From: Schmidtea nova
Lineage: Eukaryota
Assembly: GCA_044892505.1 (NCBI GenBank)
Contig: CM097882.1
Span: 586,706,001-586,770,000 of the forward strand
DNA: 64,000 bases
Direction: 5' to 3'
Positions within the stretch are counted from its first letter, which is position 1. Every line of letters starts with the position of its first letter. The position numbers and the translations under genes are program-made. Positions 1-11,399 of the stretch are shown here, piece after piece. The notes below the pieces were generated by a model. The model was given only the letters and a program-made list of their open reading frames with translations. It did no database searches and was not told where the DNA came from.

Positions 1-489
1 CAAATTGAATATTTAGATTTGAACGATACTTTATTATCTCTTCAGGTCAAAGTTGTTAACAAATAGGGTGAAAATTTAGGATTGGATGCTGATGTTACTC
101 CCAACAATTTTTTTTCCAAACTCTTTTTAAAGAAGCCGAATTCATTTTCAATTCTACTAAAGTTGAAAGTGGAAATGATACATTTACACACAAAGCCATA
201 ATTGAAACTATTTTCAACTACAATAATGATACAAAACACACATCTTTAACTCCAATGGGATATAATGAACATGGCCTTACTAGAAAAACTTGGATTGCAA
301 AATCAAACCAATTTTCATATTGTTCTCCATTTCATCGTGATTTTATTTAAATAAATGTTTAATTTTTTTTTCTTATTTATTATCTGCGTAAACCTTTAAC
401 CTGAGTGAAGTTTAATATAAGTCACAAATTTTAATGTGTAATTGCATACATTAATTAAATTTTTAAATTATTATTTAAGAAATTTTAAG

Positions 490-494
490 TATAC

Positions 495-578
<84 letters not shown>
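490..578. repeat. (TA)n followed by (TG)n microsatellite
   Basis: Read directly from the sequence; explains the spurious YIYIYI/CVCV ORFs. Confidence 0.98.
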
Positions 579-1017
579 AAACGTTATACCTTGTCGTTAT
601 TTTCATTTTTATTATTGTCATTTTTAGGATTGTTATTATCTTATTGTTGTTATAATTATTGCAACCGCTTTTGTGGTCGTGGGCGTCCTTTCGGACACAG
701 GAGGACCTCGTCCCATTTTTATTATTTCTGTTATTTTTATGATTTTGGTTGACTGGAAAATGTGCCATGAAATAATTAAATAAATAATTATATAAAATAG
801 TTAAAAAAAGAGACAATACAAAAATCAATTAAGATATTGAAATTAAAAAACTATAGGAATTGAAAAAGAAAATTGATAGATATGGGAAATGAAATTATGA
901 AAAATAAGAAAATTGAAAAATTAAGAAAATTAAGAAAACAGAGAATATATCGGTGGAAAAATACTTTGGAAATTTTTAGACTTAGTAATTACGTGAGTAC
1001 AGGTTGATATTTACTGG

Positions 1018-1019
<2 letters not shown>

Positions 1020-1055
<36 letters not shown>
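1020..1055. repeat. (TA)n microsatellite
   Basis: Read directly from the sequence. Confidence 0.97.
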
Positions 1056-1059
<4 letters not shown>

Positions 1060-1096
1060 TTTAGAAAATTGTTGAAATACACCAAAGCGCATAAAT

Positions 1097-2126
1097 TAAG
1101 GGCCAGACAGGCAAAATTTAAAGTATCTATAATAACAAATTATTTTATATATAGAAAAAATATACATACCTACTGCAGATTAGGACAAAGAAAAAAGCAC
1201 GGTCATAAATTACGGGCCTATATTATATAAAATAAGAAAAATAAATTAGGTCAAAAAAACATACTTACATAACACACAAAAAATATATAATGAAAAATAC
1301 AAACACATGGAAATAATTTAAGTGACAGTCTTTAATTAAGGGATTTTAAAAAATCATGATTTATGATGATATTTCAGAAACGTTTTTGGAATCAACTGTA
1401 CCATTTATTGGGGAGGATCAAGAAGAAATGTAAACTTACAATTATATTAAAAAAATTTTAAAAAAATATTTTTAGAAATGCAGAAAATGAAGCTATAATG
1501 ACTCAAACGGCCGAAACTGTAGAAAGAAAACATCGGAAAACGTAAAAAAAATTTGAATTTAAAATTTTTAACTTAAAATTTTATAGATAATCTGAACATT
1601 ACAAAAAATATTAAAAGAAGTAATGAAACGGTTTGAAAATAATGAAGAATTCGGCAGGTAAATGGGTCTTGAACCTAAGATATCGATATTTGATCGATAT
1701 TTGAACCTAATATATCGAGGTAGAAAAAACTGGCATTCTTACAGCAGGGAAAAGAGGCAAATAAAATGTTAGCCTAATAATTGAAGAAAATGGAATACAA
1801 TAAATTGATTGTGTGGACCCCAATTATTGGATTACTTTGGAAGAAATGAAAAACTTCTTGGATACAATTAGCTACAATGTATACACAAAAACAATATCCA
1901 AATGTTTAAAAGATAAGCTGATAACATTATAAAGACTTACTTTTTCAGTATTTCATAAATATCTAAAAAATATCTAGATAAAATAAATTGGTATTTAACT
2001 TTAAATATTAAATAAATTTAAAATATGTTAAAATAGCTTAAATACATAGCTAAAAAATTAAATTAAAAATTAAATAAGAAGATAATAAATACCAACTGCC
2101 TGTATTAAGTGTCTTTGTGGCCCTTA
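1097..2126 (+). mobile_element. Degenerate IS630/Tc1-like DNA transposon remnant
   Basis: Ends TAAGGGCCA(GACA..GGCA) and inverted TGGCCCTTA, consistent with TA TSD plus TIR. Internal stop-ridden frame KKTGILTAGKRG...YWITLEEMKNFLDTISYNVYTKTISKCLKDKLITL resembles IS630-Tc1 N-terminal HTH regions and the 46.6-47.1 kb element. Confidence 0.6.
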
Positions 2127-2406
2127 ATAACAGACTGTTGGTGTAGTATTTATATTGTTTATTTAGTATTTTTATATACATTAGGATTTCTTCAATGTTT
2201 AAAAAATTTATCTGTATTAATTTTTAGTTTTTCTGATGATCTAAATGAGTTTTTTTCAATATTATTTACATTATAGTAATTCATTTTTAAATAATTAGTA
2301 TTATAATTTTTATAAAATTTCTTTAAGTACGAAATTTTTTTAAAATTGCACATGAAATTTTCTAGATAATTTTCGTTACTCTGACCTCTCCCAGACAAAC
2401 CATCTC

Positions 2407-2950
2407 TCACTCCTTTTCGATATTCAGGAAGAAACTGTCAGTGTCTTCTCGTAGAATCAATGCAAGCATTCCTGAGTTAATTGAAGTAATCTGTCTATTA
2501 TTTAATGTATTTTTATTCATATTTGAGAGTCTTTCAATGTTGTCCTGCATGGCCCGAACTAATAGTTGCTCATATTCATCTTTTCCTTTCAAGTATTTAT
2601 TATTAAAGCCAAAACTTCTTTTATTATTGATAGGTATCCGTTGCATATCTCTGCACAGTGTTGGTGAAATGGGGTTGTTGGTGAAATGGTAAAAGTTACC
2701 AATCAAATATCTGACTCCAAAGCGTGCCTTTAATTGACCATTATAACAATTAACACTGGAAACTTTATTGAATATTACAAATATTGTCTTTAACACTGAA
2801 TTGACCAAACTCAACAGACCAACAATTGATTATACGGTGCTTATTACGACACGATGGTGAAAAATAGCTTTTTGAATAATTTTAGCTCGAACAATCACTC
2901 ACCACTAAGGGGTATAACAATTGGTAATTCAGCTGGTTGTCTTCTGGATT
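2407..2950 (-). pseudogene. Degenerate orphan ORF, possibly a retroelement gag-like or accessory protein
   Basis: 135-aa ORF 2407-2814. By eye the same frame extends upstream (IQVKSRRQPAELPIVIPLSGG...) across one stop, downstream of an AG-rich LTR-like tract at about 3000-3260. No diagnostic motif recognised. Confidence 0.3.
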
Positions 2951-4889
2951 TGACTTGGATTTACTGGTTGAGTTTACTCTATTATTAATCGAGTGTCACT
3001 CAATTTTCTGTCACGTCCTTTATTTTCTTCTCTTTCAGTTTCCTCTGGCTTCACAATCTTTCAATCTCTCCAATAATTTCCTCTGTATTTTCTTAAATCT
3101 TCTCCCAAACTTCTGATTATTATGTTCTGCTCTCTAATTCTGTCAAATTTCTCTAAATTTCTCTGAAACTTCGGCCTAAACTTCTCTCACTTCTGTCTAA
3201 AATTCTGATCGCTTCTGCCGTGTTTCTTCTTTTATATCTCTTCACTTTGTGGCACTTAATATTATCACTTGTTATTCCATTTTTTCCAACATAATTTCCC
3301 ATTCATTTTTCCAGCAACGGAGTTATCTCTGACAGCCGTCAAGATAACCTCTGTTTCCTTTTTGCCGCTCCAGCTTGTTTGATTTTTTACCCACGTTATC
3401 TCTGACCGGTTGTCGAGATAAAATTCTTGTTGTTGTTTTTTTTTCCCAACTTTAGAATTTCTTCCTATTTGCACTAACTAATTAGTGTTGACCTCTGTTT
3501 CATTTTCCTTGTCTGATTTCTTTTCTTTTGTTTCCCTTCCTCATTTCTCATTCCTTTTAATTCCCGTTTTCTTTCCCAAGCTCCTATCAATCGTGTCATT
3601 CCCCATGACAATTTTTCCCCAAGTAATTTTATTTATTTATTATATTATTTCTAATTTAGGTATCCTCAACAATAGGATGGAAAGAGGACTGGTCATTGCT
3701 TGGATATTTACCAAAACTCAGAATCAAATAATCCGCATCGACATTCCCTGAGTATGCCTTTAGACCTCTGTCTTTAATACGTTTTGGAGCCTCCCAACCA
3801 GCACCAGTTGGCTCTATCAAACTCTCATCATTTCTCTGGGGCCACCCCCTGTCGCCCAATGTACGCCCAACAGTCATCCTAACATAATCCTCATTTATTG
3901 ACGCATTTCGAACAAGTATATCAAATCTGTTTTATTTGCTATTTGAGGTCTCCTATAGTAGAGGTCCCTTTCATGATATTCATTGCTAGTGCCATTCAGC
4001 AGAATCCTATTATCAATGTCAGTGCTGTCTCTATTTTCCAAACTATTTTCCTTATTATAATAACTGTCTTTTGTTTTTATTGTTCCTAATGTTGTCTTGG
4101 TATTTCCATTTCCATTTTCATATTAATTTTGTCTTTAATTATTTGTATTTCTATTATCAGTTATTATTTGATTTATATTTTAGATTTTTTTTATAATATT
4201 GTATTCAATATTGATTTCGTTTTTTGATTTGTTTTTTTTGTTGTTGGAATATTTTTCATTTACATAGTTAATATTATTGTTAAAGTTATCAAAATTAGGC
4301 ATTGTTCCGCCATTTTTTTAAATATTAGAGTTTTCAATTAGAAAGAAATTTTTAATAAAGGAATTATATTTTAATTTAATCACGTAAATAAAGTCTTCAA
4401 TAAGTTTTTTAAAGTACTTTTTTGATGTATATTATTTGTCTTAATATTCAGTAAATTTTTCTCAGTAGTAAAAAATAATTATCCGTATTAATTCTTACCG
4501 TTTCTATTATATTATATGTGTTATTAGTTAGATCCTTTTTGTAATTAGCATTTAATATACAGTAATACCTCGTACAGAGCTCTATACGCGTTCCTGGAAA
4601 TTGAGAGTAATAGAAAACAGCGCTATAGGAGGCAAGAAACTGAAATTTAGGGGTTACGTTACTTCTGTGGTAAATAAATACCATTTTTTTCATTTTTTAT
4701 TATTTTTAATCAATAAATTGAAGGTACATACATTTAATTCAGTTCAATATATACTTCAAAATAAAAATATTCGATACTTCTTCAATAAATAAGTTTTCAT
4801 TATGTAAATTAAATACATATGTATGTATCAAAAACATATAAAATAATAACATGATGAAATTCAAAACAGAAAAACTAAATTAAACTTTA

Positions 4890-5323
4890 CATATTCCGTA
4901 AGAAAAACTGGTCTAATTTAGACTGAAGAGCTGGTAGAAGGTTCGTCAGAGTTTTGTTTCTCTAACTCTTCAAAGAAACCTCTTGCTTTCTCCATTATGA
5001 CTGCTTGACTCAATGGCATATCTCTATTATTTTGGTCTTCTATCCAGTAAGTCAACAGTTTTTCCATTTTTCAATCATTGTATTACGCGCTCGAGAGGTT
5101 TTAGAAGCTGAAAATGGTGTTGTTGATTGCACAGATCTTTAAATTTTCTCAGCATTTTGCATAATTGTTCTAACAGTTGATACGGGTAAATTCAATTCAT
5201 GGCATACATCTACTTGACGTTCCCCATTTTCTATTTTTCGAATTACTTTCAATTTTATATCCAAAGATAAATTTCTTCTTGAATTTTTGTTAAATCTTTC
5301 ACACTTTCTTTCCGTCCCGACAT
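4890..5323 (-). mobile_element. Tigger/pogo transposase N-terminal fragment (psq HTH + CENP-B/Tc5 HTH), pseudogene
   Basis: Manual translation MSGRKESVKDLTKNSRRNLSLDIKLKVIRKIENGERQVDVCHELNLPVSTVRTI...IEKMEKLLTYWIEDQNNRDMPLSQAVIMEKAR is typical Tigger-like; one internal stop; no DDE domain seen. Confidence 0.85.
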
Positions 5324-5813
5324 TATTGATAAGAAATTATTTAGTTATTTACAAAAATAAATAGAAACATTTCAACAAGAAACACTGTTTAATTTTTGTT
5401 TCTAAAAAAATTCAAATGATTTATGTGAATCCCCAAAATATAAACAAAAATGTATGGAAATTTGAAATAAAATATACAGAAATCAATTTCACTATATTAT
5501 TTAAATCCAAAAACACCACATAAAATAATAATCCAAAATTTTAAATTAAATTCTAAATTACAAAAATATTACCAAAATCAAGTTTCATTCCAGTAATAAT
5601 TTAAAATTTAAAAATTCTAAATTAATCACAAATTCAGTTCAATTAAAATTAGTCCTGATATCTTCTCCGGCCACTGTGGGTTTGTGGCGCACTGTTGAAA
5701 TTGTAATATAATTCAGGAGACAATTGATGAGCACTTAGAGGAATCGGTGAATCGATTAAGTCTATAGTCCGAGAGTTGGGATGCTGATGAAATAGTGATT
5801 TGAAAACACATGG

Positions 5814-6030
5814 NNNNNNNNNNNNNNNNNNNNNNNNNNNNNNNNNNNNNNNNNNNNNNNNNNNNNNNNNNNNNNNNNNNNNNNNNNNNNNNNNNNNNNN
5901 NNNNNNNNNNNNNNNNNNNNNNNNNNNNNNNNNNNNNNNNNNNNNNNNNNNNNNNNNNNNNNNNNNNNNNNNNNNNNNNNNNNNNNNNNNNNNNNNNNNN
6001 NNNNNNNNNNNNNNNNNNNNNNNNNNNNNN
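5814..6030. other. Assembly gap (N run)
   Basis: N characters; ORFs that span it are artefacts. Confidence 1.
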
Positions 6031-6044
6031 AAGCACAGAAAAAT

Positions 6045-6299
6045 ATGACTAAAGAATTCCAAACGACAATCATTCCTTCTCGTATCTATGATGTGACAAT
6101 TCTAAGAAACGTATCATCTTCATCGAATGACAATGCAAAAGCATGTATCATTTTATCAACTATTGTTATTAGTGCAACACCATTTCTCATTGTTATTCTT
6201 CTCTCACTACTGATTTGCTTTCAAAGAATGAACAATCATGCAGTACGTCAATCCAGGACACCAAGATCGTGGATTGTCTACGAGGAAACGTTTGTATAG
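6045..6299 (+). CDS. Small ORF with a predicted single transmembrane segment (possibly the 3' end of a gene truncated by the gap)
   Basis: 84 aa with hydrophobic stretch ACIILSTIVISATPFLIVILLSLLICF followed by a basic tail; starts right after the gap. Confidence 0.35.
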   Translation: MTKEFQTTIIPSRIYDVTILRNVSSSSNDNAKACIILSTIVISATPFLIVILLSLLICFQRMNNHAVRQSRTPRSWIVYEETFV

Positions 6300-6633
6300 T
6301 TAGACATTTAATTTTGCATGCAATTATAATAATTTATTAGTACGGTAATAGTAAGAACTTTCTTTTATCCATAATTATGTGATTCATTGTAAAATTTGCG
6401 CTTTCGATCGGAAACGGATTTGATTGGTTGAATAGAGATAAAATTTAGAATATAAGGGAATCCCTAAATTAATAAATTAGAATAAAACTGAAAATTTAAT
6501 AGGTAATTAATTTTATTAAATATTTATTATATATACCGTTATCAGCCAGGATGGTGTACTCAAGGTATTCCAACTTGGCGATAGCGTCAAATTTTTAAAT
6601 TAAACAAAATTTTAAATTATAAATATTTCAGCG

Positions 6634-8000
6634 ATGGAACAAATTCAATGGATACCAAATATCTATGATGTCTACCTCAAACTGCATCGAAACTACATGG
6701 GACAAAGCCCATTTCAAATCAATGACAACACAAAAATTCCGAATTATTTAAGAAGTGATGACAGAAGAATGAAAACAAGAATCTTGAGAGTAAGTAGAAA
6801 AGGAAGAGTAAAGTTGATGGAAAATAGCAAAGTAGGGAAGAAGAAGAATTCACATTACATGTGTTGAAAGGAAAAGTGGAAATGATCGACGAAAATCAGC
6901 GGATATGGTGGGAAATGCACAAAGACTCATCGTGGAGAATGCGAGAGGAAGCATTAAAGAAGCAGCTTAGATCGGCGAATGAAGACGCACTAATCGCGCT
7001 GGAAACAAGATTCAGAAACAGGAAAGAAGAAGTCCCGCAAATTGATTCAGAATTGCCATCAGATCCAACATTACTGCCAATAACAGAAAATATGATGAAG
7101 AGGAGATTATCTTTCATTAGAAAAGAATTAAATCAGGAAGAAATAAGAAGCAAGATATTGTTTATTGACGCAGAATACGGCACATCAGAAAGCGGACAAA
7201 TGGTGCCATTGTCCATCGCCATCATGAATTATTTTGGAAAAATTATTAAAAATATATACCTCACGCCTAGAGGAAAAATGAGACACTTCCAATCAAGAAT
7301 ACATGGCATCACGGAAATTGCGAGTAGGAACCAATGCGATCAATATTTAGAGATGAAACAAATTCAGAATCTAACTGTTGGGAAAATATTGGTTGGCCAT
7401 GATTTGCATGCAGAACTCCAGTATTTGAAAATTTGGACAAATCAATTATAGGGCATTCGAGATTTATCCACGGCAAAGGCACTTCAGTTGCAAGGAATAT
7501 CGAGAAAAGGTAAATTTTTCAAACTGAAAACTGTGGTTGAACAAATGCTTGCAGAACAAATGCAAGTGCGCATCCATTCAGCCCTGGAGGATGTCAAAAA
7601 CATTCGGAAAATATATCAAAAAATTGAAAATTTATGGATTGATGATATTCAGCTTCACAAAGCAACCCCATCCGAGAAGTATTCATTGGAGGAATATCGA
7701 AAAGTTCATACCATGAACACAATGCCAACGACGAGCACGGCAATTACGAAAACCATTGCCCTGTCTGTGGGAATTGAGAAAATGGCAGAGCAAATCGATT
7801 TGACAGAGGATATGGAAGTTGATTTGGAAATGGGGAAATCGAAATTAAAGTTGGCAACAGAAAAGTATCTCGAGGAAATTGAAGAGAACATTAAAATAAT
7901 AATCGGTTTAGCTATCGCAAGAGTTTTGATATCATTCGAAAATGGACCGATTTTGCACCTCGAAAATAGAAAAAGAAAGTATTCGCAAATGAAACCATAA
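6634..8000 (+). pseudogene. REX4/ISG20-like DEDDh 3'-5' exonuclease ORF with N- and C-terminal extensions; one in-frame TAG and one upstream frame change
   Basis: ORFs 6861-7451 and 7488-8000 are in the same frame, separated only by TAG 7449-7451 (NQL*GIRDLS). Motifs: ExoI FIDAEY, RIHGIT, ExoII LVGHDLHAEL, IRDLS, ExoIII HSALEDV. ORF 6634-6867 joins by a frameshift or a 38-nt GTAAGT..AG intron (6790-6827). Confidence 0.85.
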
Positions 8001-8248
8001 CTGTGAATGGGATTGTCTACCGAAGAGAAAAGACAGTTATTAGATACAAAAGTGATCATGGAAAAATCGAATTAAAATTAGATTAACAATATATATGTAT
8101 ATCTATATTTTCAATTAATTAATAAATATTTTATCGTCTTTGATTTTGGGGTCCCATCCCTAATATAGAAATTATGAATACTATAAGAATAACCCTCATA
8201 CAATATGAGAGCATTAACATTGCCAACATCATCAGTAATATTGTTAAA

Positions 8249-8249
<1 letters not shown>

Positions 8250-8293
<44 letters not shown>

Positions 8294-8720
8294 TGTTATT
8301 ATCATCATTATAATTATTAATTCATTATTATTATTATTATCAAAGTATTGTTATAATTATTATTAGTAGTGGTAACGTATATTCATTATCATTTATATTA
8401 TGATCAATTATAAAAGACATTATAAATAATTATTGGTATTATTACGATCATCAATATGAAATTATTATTATATATTATTATTAATAATATTTATCACTGT
8501 TATTATTATTATTATTATTGTTAGTATTATTATTGTTGTTGTGAATATTGTTATTATTGTTATTATCATTATTATTTCTTTCAACTATAAGTATTATTGT
8601 TAGTATGAATAATTATTACTGTCAAAATAATATTATAATCAAAATAATAGTATAATCAGAATAATAATATATCATTATAGTGTATTATTTATTATTAACA
8701 TTATGAATCAAAATTATCTT
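8250..8720. repeat. Degenerate (ATT)n low-complexity tract
   Basis: Read directly from the sequence. Confidence 0.9.
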
Positions 8721-8799
8721 TTTTCACATTTGATCTCTTTATTATCAATGGTTTTTGTATAAAGAATAACACAATATTTCTGCATAGCCTTTATCATGC

Positions 8800-8800
<1 letters not shown>

Positions 8801-8864
<64 letters not shown>
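8801..8864. repeat. (TA)n microsatellite
   Basis: Read directly from the sequence. Confidence 0.98.
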
Positions 8865-8865
<1 letters not shown>

Positions 8866-9984
8866 CTAATAGAAATAAACAATTAAACATTATTTGTATT
8901 TTTTGATTAGGGGGGACCTTTTTTCGTAGCTAGAGAGGAGAAATACAGTTTTTTATCGGTTTTCTAGAAAAATTGTATCAATTAATGATAAAGGAAAAAC
9001 CTTTGGAAAAATTGTGAAAATATCATGACCGTAGATTATCTACATTTCTCCTTTTATACATCTAGATATTTTAAATATTTAGCAATACGATTATAACTGT
9101 AAGTAATTATTGAAATGTTTTTTTTGTTCACAACCTGTAAAAAAATTCATTTTAAAACTATCAATTTGAAGGTTTCCCAGTAGGAAGACAATATATTTAG
9201 TTATTAAACAAATCTTTACATAAAAATATAATACCTTAAATATTGTAATTAAAATTTAATATTTTGACTAAATTTTGGACTGGAACAAGATCAATTTCAA
9301 AAGCGTCATTAGAATAAAACTGTCAATGGAAATGAAGAAAACTTTGAACTGTGATATTTTCTTTTTAATAGCATATTTGAATGTCTTTTTTGGTCCTGTT
9401 ATTTATTTCTGATAGTGATTTTGCTAGATTATTCACAGGCTTTGACTTGATCTCTTTGACATTTTTCATCATCTCATTTCTTTTTAGTATTCGATGCTAA
9501 AAATTAAAAATTAAATACTAAGCGGTTTAAAAAAAAATAATTAATTATAATCAAAGAAACAAAAACAAGTAATAAAGCGCCAAATTGGAAAAAAAATGAA
9601 ATGTGAAAAAAAATGATTCCTTAAAAAGAAAGAAAAGTGGCCAATCACAAATAAGCGTTCTGTGATTGGCCAACATCTCTAATCATTGGAAATTTTGTCG
9701 GAGTCTATTATCGGCAATGCCGGACAAAATATAGTTAATTACTGCCGATTACTGGCAGAAATCGGCAAACGCCGATCAGATGACCAAAATAATAATCGGC
9801 AATGTTGATTCCATCAAAACGCAAAGCATTATTAAGAATTTTATTGTCAAATGATTCGAGCAAAATGATTCGATATTGGAGACCATAGAGCGATTTGACC
9901 AACATTGTGCGTCGACAGAACTGAAGGCTCATCGTCATGAAATAATAAAGTTTCGAGAATAGAAAGGTCACAATTAAAGTTATC

Positions 9985-10420
9985 TAATTTTACAATATCA
10001 TCGATTCTTAGAATTGTGAGGGCAGCCTCAGTTGCAAATTTCAATGATTTAATTTTCGACATTGAAGGTTCGAAAATTCCAGCTTCTTTGTTATTTGATA
10101 CCTTGAAGTTAGTCAAATCTAATCCATACCATTTGAAATGTGCTAGATCCGGAATTTGTTGGCTAGAATGATGCAAAGCACGCAATTTAGAAACCATTTC
10201 AGTAGAATCCAAGGCAGCATTGACAGCCAACTGCTTGGGAATAACCAACAAGGCTTTAGCGAATCCAGCAATTGCAATTTGTTCTCTGGAACTAATCGTC
10301 ATATCATTTTTCTCAAGATATACATGCAAAGCGGCTTCACCACCAGGAACAACAGATTTACTTTCCAGTTCCCTTTTAACGACACAAAACGAATCATGCA
10401 ATGAACGTTCCATTTCATCC
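9985..10420 (-). pseudogene. TCP1: Intronless C-terminal fragment of chaperonin CCT-alpha (T-complex protein 1 alpha)
   Basis: DEMERSLHDSFCVVKRELESKSVVPGG-EAAL...SREQIAIA.FAKALLVIPKQLAVNAA.DSTEMVSKLRA.H...KWYGLDL...EAGIFEP...KIKSLKFATEAALTILRIDD matches the CCT-alpha C-terminal third. The conserved GGGAVE motif has a deletion; both ends run into unrelated sequence. Confidence 0.93.
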
Positions 10421-10719
10421 ACATAGACTAAACCGAAACCAAAAAAAAATACTTCCACAGAAACTTGGAATATTTAAACAACAGACTTTAAATCCAAATT
10501 CTCCCATTAACTCTAAAAAAAACATAAAAACCAAAATCAATCAAAAATTCTCTCACCACCTCCAATGCACACACATACGCACACGGACGCGATACAAATC
10601 TCCAGTACCAACAAAAACACAAATTGCGCACACAGACTACAAAGTCTGGTGCAAAATTGACGAACACCGAAATAAAATAAACAAATAATTATCGGCAAAG
10701 CCGATTTTTCAATTAAATA

Positions 10720-10739
10720 TTATTAATATTTTTATAAAT

Positions 10740-10771
<32 letters not shown>

Positions 10772-11290
10772 ATTGTTACTATTATTATTAAAATGATTAT
10801 TATGGGGGATGAAAATTCAAAGTAAATTGCCCTGATTTATCTATAGAAATGTCATCCAACCTCCTTAAATTTCAATATTTCTAATTTGAAAAGCAGTGCA
10901 GAACTAGCACAATTTATAAATAATAAATAATATTAGTATTATAATTACCAATTTATAAATGATGAGTAATATTAGTAGTATAATTAATAATTATTGTTGT
11001 TATTATTATCATTAATATAAAAAAATATTATTATTACCATAGTTAAAAGTATTATCATTATGATTATTATTATGATTATTATTATTATTATTATTAGTAA
11101 TATTATTGTTATTAGTATTGTTATTGTCGTTATTATCGTTCTTATTATTATTATTCAATCAGTATAAAATTATTATTATTAAAACTATTATGAGTATGGT
11201 TGGCGATAATTATAATAATTAGTATATTATTATTATTAAATTTGTATTATCAAAATATGGCAATATTATTATATGTAATATTGTATTTGG
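10720..11290. repeat. Degenerate (ATT/AAT)n low-complexity tract
   Basis: Read directly from the sequence. Confidence 0.9.
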
Positions 11291-11399
11291 TATGGAGACT
11301 ACTCTACAATCTCTACAATTCACATTTATGGTATTGAGTAGACTCTACCATTTTAATAAAATAACAAATCAAAATATAGATTCGAGGACGAATCTTAAA

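Noticed and set aside
676-700. Minus-strand GUCC-GAAA-GGAC hairpin resembling hammerhead stem II
   Set aside because: The flanking CUGAUGA and GAAA core nucleotides are absent.
442-828. ORFs with YIYIYI/CVCV runs
   Set aside because: Translations of the microsatellite.
3420-3474. NSKVGKKK peptide shared by ORF 3265-3474 and ORF 6634-6867
   Set aside because: Low-complexity A/G-rich match with no extension on either side.
5650-5700. Minus-strand CATNPQWPEKI resembling the Helitron Rep motif FTCNPKWPEI
   Set aside because: Too short; no other Rep motifs nearby; adjacent to a gap.
5784-5813. CTGATGA-aatagtgattt-GAAA hammerhead-like core
   Set aside because: Stem II is weak, no upstream stem I/III partner was found, and the downstream sequence is lost in the gap; cannot be supported.
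5649-6073. Several ORFs spanning the N run (likewise at 22475-22845)
   Set aside because: Artefacts of the assembly gaps.
6900-7020. RMR...ANE...L.TR similarity between the exonuclease N-terminus and coiled-coil gene B1
   Set aside because: Needs two gaps in 25 aa; likely compositional similarity of charged helices.
7449-7500. Programmed read-through at the UAG-G of the exonuclease ORF
   Set aside because: No CARYYA context or evident downstream pseudoknot; a nonsense substitution is the simpler explanation in this decayed region.
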